The notes beneath the pieces are model-generated. The model saw only the letters and a list, made by a program, of their open reading frames with translations. It was not told the DNA's origin and did not search any database. DNA of 63,815 nucleotides, filler included, from Reclinomonas americana ATCC 50394 (lineage: Eukaryota), in assembly GCA_048213135.1 (NCBI GenBank). It is 15 parts of 15 records of this genome, joined end to end, with 100 filler letters (N's around TTAATTAATTAA, not from the genome) between each part and the next. Parts side by side here need not be neighbours in the genome. Positions count along the whole stretch, not along the records: positions 14,722 to 35,349 come from AFZH01023521.1; positions 35,450 to 37,790 come from AFZH01023523.1; positions 37,891 to 41,079 come from AFZH01023524.1; 12 more parts are not named here. The stretch is one strand, 5' to 3'. Position numbers and translations under genes: made by a program. The number at the start of each line of letters is the position of its first letter. The first letter of the stretch is position 1. Positions 25,501-38,450 of this stretch are shown here, in pieces.

Positions 25501-28500
25501 TGAGATCAGCAGGAATGATACCGTGTAGTTGATGATGTCAACAGAGGACACAACCACCTGTTCACACAAAACCCGTTGTGCAGTGAGTGCATGATCATGA
25601 GCATTGGCAAAGTATAGCCTGCGTTGACTGCTGCATGTAGCGCAGAGGGAGACTGGTGTACATGTAGTTGGTGTAGAGACAAACGCCGCCTTCACTGGTA
25701 GTAGATATGTGTCAGTGAAGTTTCCGTCATTAGCAGTAGTAGCAGCGCTGTCGACATGTAACCCACTTACACCCTTCTCATCATTCCTCAGAGAGCTTGA
25801 GTGATGACGATTTCGTTTCGCGGAAGTCCGCATCCAAGGAGCGAAAGGGCAAGAATGGCAAGAACGGCAAGAGCGGAATGCAGGGCAAGAAGGGCAAGAA
25901 GGGCAAGAAGAACAAAAAGGACAAGAATGTGGAAGGTACTACGCGTGCTGCGAGCTGAGGTCGTGGTGGTATACGTAATGACGGTCTCGAACTGATCTCT
26001 GCATTGGTTCTCTTGTGCAGAAAAAGTCGAACACCTCATCGACTCGGCCGTGTGCGATGCAATCATGCTGCTGTCGGGTGATCTTGACGCTGGCAGAGCT
26101 GACCTTGGACTAGCCGACGCCTGTGCAACAATCTCGAGAAGACTGTTGACAGACATCGCCCGACTTCAGCAGTCTGCCGTCGACGACGTCCTCCAACTCG
26201 GCCGAGTCTCCTCTGCCTTGCTCAATGTCACTTGTTTGGTCCACGATGCACTGGTCCAATTGCTCACAGTGTGCACGGCTGTTCATGGTGCGACAGTGAT
26301 TTCGCTCTGCTCCACGTTGTCTCGTTGTTCTCACTGATTACTGTTTGCGAATATGTCAGCACTGAGAGTTGGTGGCAAGCTCAGCGCGGTGCGTGCACCT
26401 GCAGGTGTGCGTGCCAACACACATTGCGACTACCTCGCGCTACTTGCTTCTCAACTCACGGGCACTCAGGAAAGTTTAAGTTACGCTGAATTCGCTTTTC
26501 TACTGTGCTCACCAACTCTCAATGTCATGTGTTCTCACTCGTGCGTGTTGTAGCTTCGGCAATTGGGACTCTTCGCAACCGCGCCAAGACTGCGTCGGCC
26601 GCAAATGCCGGCGAGGAGCAACCAGCTTCTGTACCGCAGGAAGGTGTCGCCGGGCATGAGGAAGCTGCTGCAGTTGATCGCGATATGCAATTCGAGGCAG
26701 ATGCGGCGGAGATGCTGCAAAACGCGTATGCGCCGGAGCTGGAGGAGTTCGAAGCGAGGCAACTGCAACTTGACGGCGAGGAGGAGGCGGTGGAGCAGCT
26801 GCAGGGTGCAGAGGATGAGGGGGTTGCGACTGAGGTTGATGGTGAGATGATCACGCTCACACTCACACTGATGCATATTATCAGTCTCACTGCTGCTGTG
26901 TGGTGTATCGCAGATGCGACCCAGATTGGTGATCTGTACCAGCATGAAAAGAGAACCATTCTCGCTGGGGAGGAGATACGGGCGGCTGTTCGTTCGCATC
27001 TTACTTCTCTGATGGAGCGAATCATCGCGCGTCTTGGTGTGTTTGGCGACGTCGATGAGTCTGTGACTTCCACACTCGAGAAGGAAGTGGAGGCAGTCTT
27101 GCAGCGGTTCTTCGAGAGCATCGCAGCTGGGATGTCCAGAACTATGCCAATGCCAACGCCCTGCACCGAATACCAAGATCTCGCAGAAGCACTCTGTACC
27201 GCAGTGTTGGGGGCTGCCGGAGAATGGTCGTGGACACGTGCTTACATCGACGAGGAGGCTGGCAGCGACACACCGAGCACCACGGTTACTGAGGACGACG
27301 AATGCGGTGACGAACCTATGCCCGATGCCGATCATGATCACGGGCTGTCGGAGATGGAGATGGAGTCTGGCGATGAATTCAGCAGTGTGAGCGGTGGCGA
27401 ATTCGAAGGTGACGAGCCGATGAGCGATGGGGCCGGATCAGTTGGCGACGAGGAGGTGGTAGAAGACGAAGCAGAAGCAATTCGTCGTGCACAAGAACTG
27501 GACGCTGTGCAGTCTGCAGTGCGGGCGACTGTTCGCAGAGGTGAGTGTGCACGTGTGGGCAGGGCAGGGCGATCATCGTTCAGTGCAGTGCATCACTGTG
27601 TCCTTGCATTTATCTCTGTGGGATGTCTGTGTTGTAACACAACGAGGCTGCTATGTCGACCTTCATTTGCATAAGACTGTCACTGTTGTTGTTGTTGTTG
27701 CGACATGTCACTGATATGTCGATGCTGTCACTGTCCCTGTACATGTTGCATATGTTGTTGCTGTTGTTGCCACTGTTGTTGTGTCATGTTTCCACTGTTA
27801 ACATGCTGTTGCATGCTGTACATGTGCACTGTTGGTTGTGTCATGTTGCTGATGTCATGATGTCATTGTTGTTGCCACAATCGTACTGTTGTTGTTGTCG
27901 TTGTTGTTGTCGTTGTTGCCACTGTTGGTGCTGTGCACTGTTGTTGTGTCATCGTCGACGCGAAATATATGTGCGTGTACCATGTGTGTGTCTGCTGTCG
28001 ACATGTCACGCTGTGTTGTTGTAGATAATAATTTGAGTAGTGGTTGCAGTACATCGCTGACTCGTCCCCTCCTGCTTGATCTGCAGCCACCAGGGTGATG
28101 AAGTCGCTTGTCCAGTCGACAGTCACTGCTCAGCGTGCTGCCAGAAATCTCGTTCAACATAGCCAAGCAGCAAGTGCCGCCCACGGCATCCACGCAGCTG
28201 CATCCACAAGTGGGAGTGTGGCTCCTGCAGCGGCAGTACGTTTCTTCGCAAGACTAGTTGACTCAGCATGCATGCGTGTTGCGCAACTAAGTTGTCCAGC
28301 CATACCGGCTGCGCGAGTTCAAGAGTGTGCTCGCTCAACTGCTGCCGACTTGGCGAGATCTGCTCAGTGCGACTTGGACTCATTGGAGGCGTACGCGCAC
28401 AATGCTGACAGCGCTCTCCGAGCAGCCGAGACAGAGATGGTGGCACTGTGCGTTCATTCTGCCAGACACTACCGGGAGTCGGGCGTATCTTTGCTGCGCG

Positions 28501-31500
28501 CAACCGGTGATGACCACGGCGCGCTACTGCAACTAGCCGCGCTCAATCTGCGCTTGGCCAAGGACACGCATCTCTCGCAAGCCGGATTTGTTGACGGGGT
28601 ACTGCACCTGTTTACTGGTGAACCGATGCCACCATTAGCAGCGCTAGCGTCGGCCGCTGCAGCAGCACACGGGGAGGGTGCAGTCCCTGCTGCTGTGATT
28701 GACGAGCATCAACGCTCTCGATTGGAGCACGTGCTCCGCGCGACTCTTGCCTGCAGACCACTGCACCGACTCATCCCTGCAGGTGCGTTGATAATGAGAT
28801 GGTGGTGCGCAGCTCACACCTTGCTTGTCCTTCTGACTGAATTCGAATGTGCGTTTTGATTGTAGATCTTTTGGCGCAACTCTCCAGGAGTGCCACAGCG
28901 TGCGACGGCATGGCGCCCCTTGTCAACAAGACAGCTGCACCACTGAAGACGTGTGTGAAGAACGTGGTTTTGTACGACGAGCTGCTCCGCGAGCGACTGC
29001 GGGGTTGTTTGCAGCTTCTCATGCGTGCTGCCCACGCGATGGCTCATGAAGACCCAAACGTGTTCTCCATGCGGTGTTTGATTGCTCTCGCCAGCGTCAC
29101 TCCGTGCATGGAGGTGGTGACGGATCCGGCCGACGATGGCGATGGTCGTGGAGTGCTGCGTCGTGTGTCGACTGACCGGGATTTGGTAGGGCATCTATCA
29201 CGCTTGGCAACCACTGCCGAGAAGAAGACTGCTGCTCGTGCCGCGTTTTGCATCGGATCACTGGCTAACGAAATGATGCATGTGGCGAATGAGGTTTCAC
29301 ACTGCCGGCAGCTTATCGGCAGGTGCGCTCGTTGCACATTCACTGGTGGCAGCGTGGCTCCCGACAACTACAGTGCTGGTGCTGATGAGGCTGGAGGAGC
29401 CGGAGCCAGTGTCGCTGTTGCACGCGACATCGGCGCGTTTGTCAAGTCACCCACTTTGGAGACGTCCATGTCGTTGGTGCGTTTGCTGGTGACGCGCATC
29501 CGTCTGGCAGAAGATCCTCGCGATCGCGATCGTGCAGCGGGAGCCGCATGCCACGTGCACGCCATGGAGGTTGACAGGGACGATGATGCTGGAGGTGGAG
29601 GTGAGAAGATATTAGGGGCTCGCAGCGTCGTTTAATGGTGCCTATCCCGTCGCTCATGTATGAGCACTTGTCAATCAAACAAAGATTCGGGAGGATCTGC
29701 GTCTGCGAGTGCTGCTGCTGCGGACATTGATCATGGTGTTGTTGCTTCTGGCCATGACGGGCAAGGTGAGTGATTGAATCACACGCACACTCCTCCTCCA
29801 AATAACTACTGACACCAACAGCACATTGGTATGCAGTTGCGGCTGAGGAGGAGAAGAGTGATTTTTCAAGCTTCTCTGCACTTTCACTAGGGTGCTTCCT
29901 GGCGCGCGATTTTCCACTACTGTGGATCGCTCTCGTCACTGATGGTGACTCCACCACTATCGAACTCGGTGATGATGAGAGGGTACACTTGGTGCAAGCC
30001 ATCCGCGCGATTCAATGCGCCGTGCTTGCGACTGTGGGGTGCAACTATTGGAACATGTCCACTGACGTTACTAGCTACGTTGGTGTTGATCGCAACGGTG
30101 AGCTGTACGTGTGAATTGTGTCATGTTTAGGTAAAGCAGCTGGTTCTGTGGCTCACTCACTGTGCTGTTGATGGATTCTGATCATGACGATCAGGCAAGC
30201 GTCCGCGTCCGGCACCTGCCGACGTCGTCAAGTTCATCGTCGACACGAGTAGCTTGTGCGAGATTCTCGAGGCACCGGCATGTGATCATGTACCACTAAT
30301 TGCAACGCGTCGTAAGGATGGCGCTTCAGTGGTCTTTGCCGAGGCAGTACTTCACACCTGCGTGCTGGTGTCACAGCGTATTTTACTCTCTTTGAAAGGA
30401 GCAGTGATTGATGCTATATCGGCACTTGAGTACACTGGTGAGTGTTAAAGAAGGACAGCCATGCGTTGTGATGTGTTAATGTTCTGTCTCCTCACACCAT
30501 CATTCACCAGATTATAATGACAGGAAGAAGAGCACGGCAGCACCGGCATTGCCGCCATACGCGTCTCCCGAATTCTTCGAGAGACTTGATCGGGTTCGCT
30601 TTGAACACGACACTCGCTGGCAATGGATGGACTGTTGGCTCTATCGTGCGCACTACACAGTGCGCACGGCTGTCACAGCCGCAACGATGGCCTCACTGCC
30701 GAAAGAGATTGGTGACTGGCGTCTTCCCGAATATGTTTGCACGGTGTGGGCAATCGTGAATTCGCGGTTCTTGATCGAGGATGCCGAGTGCAACTGGTAC
30801 GTCGCTGGGGCCAAAATCTGGCCGCTGCCGCCTCTCCCACCACAGATCGACGGGCGCCTCCTGTTAGTCGCGCGATCATACATTACAGGAATGGACATTG
30901 CAACTGGTGGTGGCAGCACTCCAGCACTGTCGCGTCCACCACCAAGTGCGGAACAGATTGAGCGTTTGCGTGTTGTTTACGATTATCTGTTCTCGCGCTG
31001 GACAAGGGACCGATTGGATTATGCGCGAAGAATGGCAGAGGCATCACCACCTGCAGAGTCTATTGATGAATCTGTGACATCGGCAGCAGAGGATACTGCG
31101 TCGGGCTCCGGATCTGCAGCTACCACTGCTACTCACGGTCATGATGCGCGTACGGCGCTGTTGAAGTTGGAGGGTGTCTGTCGCGCGTTGGCCGACGAGG
31201 CGGCTCAGTGGCTCTGGGAGCCACGCGACGGTCTCCCGATCAACCACAAGTTTATGCGCAGCTTCTTGCATGTGCAAAACCGTGGCAAGTCAATGCCGAC
31301 TAGCACTACTGGTGATGACGGCATGGAGATGCTGGTTCCTCCGGCCGGTTGGCTGGCCTGTGCGTCAGTCGTTGTGGGCAATGCTCACAGACTGGCTGCC
31401 CTACTGCATCCGCAAATGCAGGTGCCCTTGCGTGACGTCGGTGATCATCATGAAGGAAACGATGCTGTACTACTGGACGCACTGCTGCTGGCAAGCAAAC

Positions 31501-34500
31501 GGCAGCACCCGTACTCGGTTTCTCGCGAGCTGTTACAACGGGCAGAACAGTTTGCCTCACAGAAAACAGCGCTGAAACAGTTCGTGGATCGCGCCAGGCT
31601 ACTTCGGATTGCCAACTGTTGCGTGTAATACACCAGAGTGGTGAATTAATTGAGATATCTTGACCACGATCTCACTTATTCGTGTCGGATGCGCGGTGTG
31701 CAGATGCGCTGCAAGGAGAGCGCTGCTGCGCACTGATGTTTGGAAGGCACCAGTTGCTTCGTGTGCACGCGGACACATGTGATGCGGACCCCGGAGATGG
31801 ACCAGTGCACCTGCTAGTAGTGCAGCAAACTTCGTCATCAGTGATGGCAGAGGGTACGTGTTGATAATTATAAGTGTGCGTGTGTTTCTGTATTATGCGT
31901 GTCGTAGCTTAGAGTATAGAGCATGGCTGGAGCACCACGTTCTTTCAAACTCTCTCTCCTCCTTACTGTGGGTGTGAGCTTGTGTTCACTCTCTCACTCA
32001 TTGATTGGTGTGATCAGGAGTTCTTTTCGTCTCACCACTGATTCTCGTCGTGTCTGTAATTGAGCCAAGATCAACCTTGTACACATATCCTTTGACGGGA
32101 GTGTGATGCGCGTGCTCGCATTCTGTGTCACTTTCTCTCAAGACCTCAAGTCTTCCGTTGTACGCACAAATTGTGAAGAGCAGTTGTCCGACGTACATGC
32201 ACAGGCAATTGTAATCTGGAGCTCTCTTCTATACTCTTAATTACCTTCTCTTGCTCACCTGTCGACATGTCCACAACAACAGAACTCTCGCGACGTCTGC
32301 ATGCTCTCTCTCTCTCTCCGCTCTTGCACACGTGCACTCGTGTACATGTGTCCACATGACTCATGATCACTCCACTTATCATTGCTGCAGTCGCAAAATC
32401 AGCAACCACTGTGTCAGCTGCCCTGCAACACGTGGCGTTTGTGCAATCGGAGCAGGCGCTACGCTTTCTGGTGACGACCAGAAATGCGCATCGACGGAGT
32501 GCTACTGCGCAGCATTCTGCTGCCACAAGCACGCGTGATGGTCCCTCCTCTTCAACTGGAGCTGGCCCGCCTGTACCAGACAGCAGCGCTGCAGATGCAT
32601 GCGCAGTTGCAGATGATGCTTCAATCGACGACCTCTCATGGCGCCAGCACTTTTACGGCGCTCTGCGAGCGCACTGGCAATACGGTAAAGTGTGCTGTGC
32701 AACTGTTTGTTTGCGAATGCAACATGAGAGCTAAATGTTTGTATTCACGGTCGTGTGTGCTGCTGTCGTTTGGCAGAGTCGCTGATAGCCCGGCGTGCTC
32801 TCGTCGCCATGATTCTTTGGATGCGGAATCACCACTCCATTCAAGCTGAAATGTCACCTGCAGCGCTCGCACTTGCGGGCGATGGTCACATGAACACGCA
32901 GCGCCGTGGTCATCGTCGACGGCGACGGCGTCGACGCAGTGGTGGTGGTAATGCTGGTGGCGTTGTTGCTGCTGCTGTTGGTGGTGGTATTACTGGCACT
33001 GCTGCCGTTGATCATCGTGTTGTTGACGACGATGCATCTGGGAGTGATGGTGGTGGTGGTGGTGGTGGTGGTGGTGGTGGTGGTGGTGGTGGTGGTGACG
33101 TTCGCATGCATACGGAGGATGCGCTTGATGGTAGCAGCGCTGCAGCTGGTGATTCTGACGGTGGTGGCCACAACGTTAACGTGCGCATGCACGGCGACGA
33201 TGTTGGTGATGATCGGCTTCGAGATGTTCCTGTTGAGGTTGCAATCGGTGTTGATGGTGATGCTGGTGGGAGTGGGAGTGGGAGCGCAAGCGCGAGTGGA
33301 GGGGATTCGGCAGCTGAATGCATGCTTGTGGATATTGATGATGGTGGTGGTGGTGTGCACACTGAAGATGGATCCAACGTTAACACAGCTACTGGCCATG
33401 GGGGCGCAGGCAGCAGTGCGGTTGCCGACAGTGCCGACGGTGACGGTGGTGGTGACGAGGGTGGTTCTAATGACAAGAGTGCAAGTCCATCGGCCGCAGC
33501 TGATCCACCAGTGCCTTGCGGGCCCAGCTGTACGTGGATGGGCGTGTTTACCGATTCAGACTGCATGATCTGTGGGTTGAACGTGGCTGTTTGCCGCGCA
33601 ATGCACACGCGAGTTGAGAAAGCGTGCGGAGTCTGGAAGAGTACAGACAGTTCAAGGTGTGTCTGTGGCGTCGATAAGGGAATCAGGTGTTGGCTCACTG
33701 CCGCAACCGCCGGTGAGTTTCATTAGTTACACACATGTTGTTTGCTGCACAACCTATACGTGCTCTTGCTGCTCTGTATCTGTGTACCACGACGAGGTCC
33801 ACTTTCCGGGGCCGCCAGTCAGTATAGATGTGTTTATTTTCTCGTCTCTAAAGCGTTCCCACTTTCGTTCTGTACTGTGCTGTGCTATGGCCTCGGTTCA
33901 CCTATATTCATGCCCACTCTGCATGCATGCGCAGGGGCTGACGAGAGGTGGGAGATATTTGACTACGGCGACGGATTCGCCGAGAAGCAACTCCTGCCCT
34001 TGCTGCGAAAACGAGCACGGCTTCGGCGAATTCTTGCTGATTTCGGAGGTCTCGTTGACGATCATGTGCGTAAGAGCTGTGAGCGACAGCTGGCCAACAT
34101 CACCCGCAAGTTGAGAGCGATTGGATACAACAACGCACGCAACTTCGTGGATCAGTTGCGCAACAGTCGTTTGCACCATGTGCATTATCGATATCCAGTC
34201 GCTGTCTGCATGCAGGAACTGACGCGCTGTGTATATATGTGTGCGCGCGCATGTGAATGCAGGGTGGTGGTCGTCCACGCTGCTGTCGCGGATCCCAACT
34301 TGGCTGCAGCGATTCCAGACTTGACGCAGCGACAGAGATTCGTCACCGGCAGTGACGGCAAGCCAGTGCTACGACAGCGAGCGTTCGGTCTCGACAACAC
34401 GACGAAACTGCAGAGGTCGGGGTTCGGCTACGAACAACGAGACGCACAGTCAGTGGTGCGTCTCCTTCTCCTGCGCAGCGAGTACACATATTGTGCCGGG

Positions 34501-35349
34501 CTTACTATTTCTTATCCTGGATCACTTGCAGGAAGCCAAGGCAAGAGTGTGCACAGAAACGGACGCAGCCTTTGCTCAATGGCAGCGGACGGAGCTGAAC
34601 GAGGCCGGCTCGACTGGTTTCTGCGTTGCGTGCGGCACGTGGCGTACCGCTGGCCCGGACAAGGTGCTCTACTGCACCAACATCGAGTGCCCGTTGCACG
34701 GCAAGCCCGTTGGTCGGGACCGAAGCGCCTCGTGGGTCACCGCAGTGAATCATCTGAAGGCGGTGAATGTGTCGAGCGTGGTGGAGGAGGAGAAGGACGA
34801 TGCTGCCGATCGTGACAAGGGCGGCAAGAAGGGTGGCGCAGTGGGCAAGAGGGGTGGCAAGAACGGTGGTCGTGGCAAGAACGGTGGTCGTGGCAAGCAG
34901 GCTGGCGCAGTGGGCAAGAAGGGCGGCAGGATGGGTGGCAATTGCAAGAAGGGTGGCAAGACGGGTGGAGGGGCGAAGCGTGAGCGTCTTCCGTCGTCGG
35001 AATCCGCATCTGGCTCTGAGTCATCAGAGACGGGCTCGGATTCAGCAGACGGCAATTCGGAGGGCAGCTACCGGCCGCACAAGAAGAGGAGGAATACGGG
35101 AGAGGTCAGTACCGCGATCTTCGCTGTGCATGCACTTGACTGACAGCACCGGTGTGCACAGATGCAGTCCCAGTCACGGCAGCGGCCGCGAACGCGTGCA
35201 TCAACGAAGGATGCTGAGCACCGCACAAGCCCTCGCAGCAGGTCAGTTCAAACTGTATATTGTACTCGGATGTCCTCCTCGCACCCCTGCTCACCAGTAC
35301 GATTTGTATTTGCGCAGCGAGGACGAGAGTGCTCCATCTGCTGCTGGGT
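19600..35349 (+). CDS. Giant multi-exon protein (about 37 exons, roughly 3,700 aa, 3'-partial) ending in a Fanzor2/TnpB-like RuvC-zinc finger nuclease module
   Basis: Manual splicing keeps one open frame through phase-compatible GT-AG junctions; one junction at about 21340 needs a GC donor or an alternative short intron. Approximate exons: 19600-19911, 19978-20101, 20235-20469, 20529-21158, 21244-21339, 21404-21679, 21764-21924, 22033-22407, 22496-22777, 22848-23121, 23167-23272, 23583-23633, 23857-24009, 24111-24269, 24348-24467, 24605-24860, 24930-25290, 25374-25463, 25791-25934, 26021-26287, 26360-26473, 26554-26841, 26914-27540, 28087-28782, 28866-29600, 29685-29765, 29837-30097, 30195-30437, 30511-31617, 31704-31853, 32390-32684, 32777-33712, 33935-34165, 34263-34456, 34532-35104, 35147-35241, 35298-end. 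Confidence 0.65.
33655..34770 (+). other. Fanzor/TnpB-like RuvC-I, bridge helix, rearranged RuvC-II, zinc finger and RuvC-III, split by 3 introns
   Basis: RCVCGVDKGIRCWLTA (D at 33673-33675), WEIFDYGDGF, a basic helical region, LDNTTKLQRSGFGY, LNEAGSTGFCVACG (E at 34601-34603), and KVLYCTNIECPLHGKPVGRDRSASWVTAVN (D at 34718-34720). Confidence 0.8.
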
Positions 35350-35449
35350 NNNNNNNNNNNNNNNNNNNNNNNNNNNNNNNNNNNNNNNNNNNNTTAATTA
35401 ATTAANNNNNNNNNNNNNNNNNNNNNNNNNNNNNNNNNNNNNNNNNNNN

Positions 35450-36605
35450 GGCAGTGGTCGTGCGCGTGGTGGTGGTGACGATGATGAGCGTCCTGCTCGT
35501 CGGCGCGCGCCTCCCGTCAATGATGACGACGACGATGACGACGACGAGGAGGAGGGAGAGGAGCAGGAGGAGGATGAAATGGAGGAGGGAGGGGAGGGGG
35601 AGGAGGACGACGAGGAGGCGGAGGAGGAGGATGATGATGGGAGGTTGACGCCAGTGCCGGCGGCTCCGGGAGGTGAGGGATGGCGAAGAAAGGGAGAGAG
35701 AGTAAAGGGAAGGGAGGAGAGAGAGTAAAGGGAAGGGAGAGAGGGTAGGGAGAGAGTGCAGAGAGATAAAGAAATTGAGGTGGTGTGGAGACTCTCCGTC
35801 TTCTCTCTCTCTCTCCGTGCTAAGCATGTTCTCCTGCGCAGGACGCGTTGAAGCTGCATTCGGCGACCTTTACGACCTGTCGCCGCAGTCGGCGGCGGCG
35901 GTGGCGGCCGCCGGAGGGCATGGTGGTGGGAGTGGGGCGGCGGCTGGGTTGTATGGGTTTGGTGGGGCGTATGCGGCGGCTGGTGGATTTGCGTCGAATG
36001 AGGATGAGGAGCAGGTGATTAGGGGGTGGATAGGGCAAAGGGAAAGAAGGGGGCAAAGGGAAAAGGGGAGGAGAGGGGGGGACCAAGGTAAAGAGGTGAA
36101 GAGAGGATGGGAACGGGAGTACAAGTGAGCATGGGAGTGACTGAGGTCAACGAGTTGGGGGAGACAGAGATGTGGTTGATTGAGTGCAGCAATTCTTGCG
36201 TTTGCGTTATTCTGTGCGCAAAGACATTTGGCAGTGTAGCATTGTCGCGTTGCGTCTTTCTCTCTTTCAGTTGCACAGCAGTGAGTGCACATGACTGGAA
36301 TGCAAAGGGACAGTGTGAACGAGAAATGCAGGGGGTTAAACGGAAGTCGGAGAGTTTGAGCAGAGAAAAGAGAGAGATGATTTACGCTCTGTGCTCTCAC
36401 TTGTGGTCAGTGTTGTGTTCGCGGGTGCTGAGTGTCGCGGATCATTGTTGTTAACTTTGCCTTCCTATCACAGCGACTGCTGGAGCTGGCCATTCAGGAA
36501 TCGCTGAGGGAGCACCAGGCGCACCAGCAACAGCAGCAACAGCAACAACAGCAGCAACAGCAGCAGCCGGGCGCGCAGGATGACGCGCAATGTAGGTCAC
36601 AGTAG
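35450..36605 (+). CDS. C-terminal part of an acidic protein with a ubiquitin-interacting motif (UIM) and polyQ tail
   Basis: An acidic exon is followed by spliced NEDEEQ|RLLELAIQESLREH-polyQ-stop (TAG 36603-36605). Confidence 0.6.
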
Positions 36606-37567
36606 CCAGCCGCGTCTCTGGGAGGGCCGTGCTGCTGCTCGCGCACCAGTGTATATGAGTTGAACTTGGCGGAAGTGAAAAAGAAATTGAAGGTGGTGAT
36701 GCAGGTGAGAGTGTGTGGGAGGCTGTAATTGGACTGGAGATGGCAATCATCATGCAGCTTGCCATTGTTGAAGGGACTTGCTGAGGAGCAACAACAAATT
36801 CATTCACCAACAAACAAGCAATAGCTGTCTTGATGACCAAGTCCAACCTTATCCAAAACATCAACTCGAACACCAGCCTTGAGGCAGCAGCAGGTTCCTT
36901 GTGTGTGTCTGTGTGTGTGCTCGCTCTAGATCTCGGAGCCTCGAACAAGTCGAGAACTGCGATCTATCATCTCGCAAGGCGATAAGAGGAAGGCATGCAA
37001 GGGCACTAGATGTACACGTGTATGCGTATGCGCGTGTGTGCGGGAGAGAGAAAGCGGGAGAGAAGTTTTGATTTCTTCGATATTGATGACTTCGGCACAA
37101 GATCGGACACAATTCGCAGGCGACGACGGTAGTCTCAGCGTCTTCGCACAAGAGCACTACACACTTAAAGACTGTCACTGCCACAAGGCCAGAGCTTTGA
37201 CACGCTTGCGTCCTGTCCCACCAAACCCACTCTCAATTGCAATGGAGGCACCGCCAAAGACCCTTCCAGGTTCGCCTCCTCCTCCCCCCACTCTTCCTCC
37301 CTCTCACCCTCTCTCCTCACTATCTCTTTCACAAAAAGCTCTTCGTTCGACTCTGAGCGATCGGCATCGGGAAGCTGTTCGATTACCACATGGCGCGGTT
37401 CTTCCGAACATCCCTTCGCCGCCTCCTCCGCTTCCCGCCCTGCGACAGCGGCCCACAGACATTACAGTGAGTTACATAAGAGGCAGGGGTGGAGGGAGAG
37501 TAAGGGTGGCAGAGAGAGAAGAAAGAGAGAGAAGAAAGAGAGAGAAGAAAGAGAGAGTGAGCACAAC

Positions 37568-37694
<127 letters not shown>

Positions 37695-37698
37695 CGAC

Positions 37699-37790
<92 letters not shown>

Positions 37791-37890
37791 NNNNNNNNNN
37801 NNNNNNNNNNNNNNNNNNNNNNNNNNNNNNNNNNTTAATTAATTAANNNNNNNNNNNNNNNNNNNNNNNNNNNNNNNNNNNNNNNNNNNN

Positions 37891-37948
<58 letters not shown>

Positions 37949-38450
37949 GGGAAGCAGAGACAGTGACAGAGGCAGGTGCAGAAACAAGAGTCAGAGAGGG
38001 AAGCAGAGACAGAGGCAGACGCAGATACACAGTGACATCGGCAGAGGCAGAGATAGAAGCAGACACAGAGACAGAAACAGAGAGGCAGATGCAGAGACAG
38101 AGACAGAGAGAGAAGAAGAGGCAGAGACAAAGAGAAGCAGAGATGGAGGTGCAGAGACAAAGGCAGATGCACCGACAGAGACTGTGAGAGACGGAGAGTG
38201 ACAGACAGCGAGCCAGAGAAAATGAGCGCCAGGCGTGAGAGAGAAACAAGAGGGAGAGACAGACCGAGATATCATACTGGATCGACAGATGCAGAGACAG
38301 AGAGACAGTCCCTCTCTCACGTCCGCTGTGTCTGACTCTGCGTCTGTGTTATTCACTGTTATGTCTCTGTCTCTCCCTTTTCATCTGTCTCTCCCTCTGC
38401 CTCCGTCTTCCTTTCCCTCTTTGCTCCCTCTCACTCACTTTGTGCCTTGC

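Noticed and set aside
33230..33270. EVAIGVDGD as the RuvC-I motif
   Set aside because: It lies in a Gly/Asp low-complexity tract. GVDKGIRCWLT at 33667 fits the consensus and the downstream spacing far better.
37086..37467. Short Pro-rich exons at the end of contig 6
   Set aside because: Possibly a gene start, but too short and featureless to assign.
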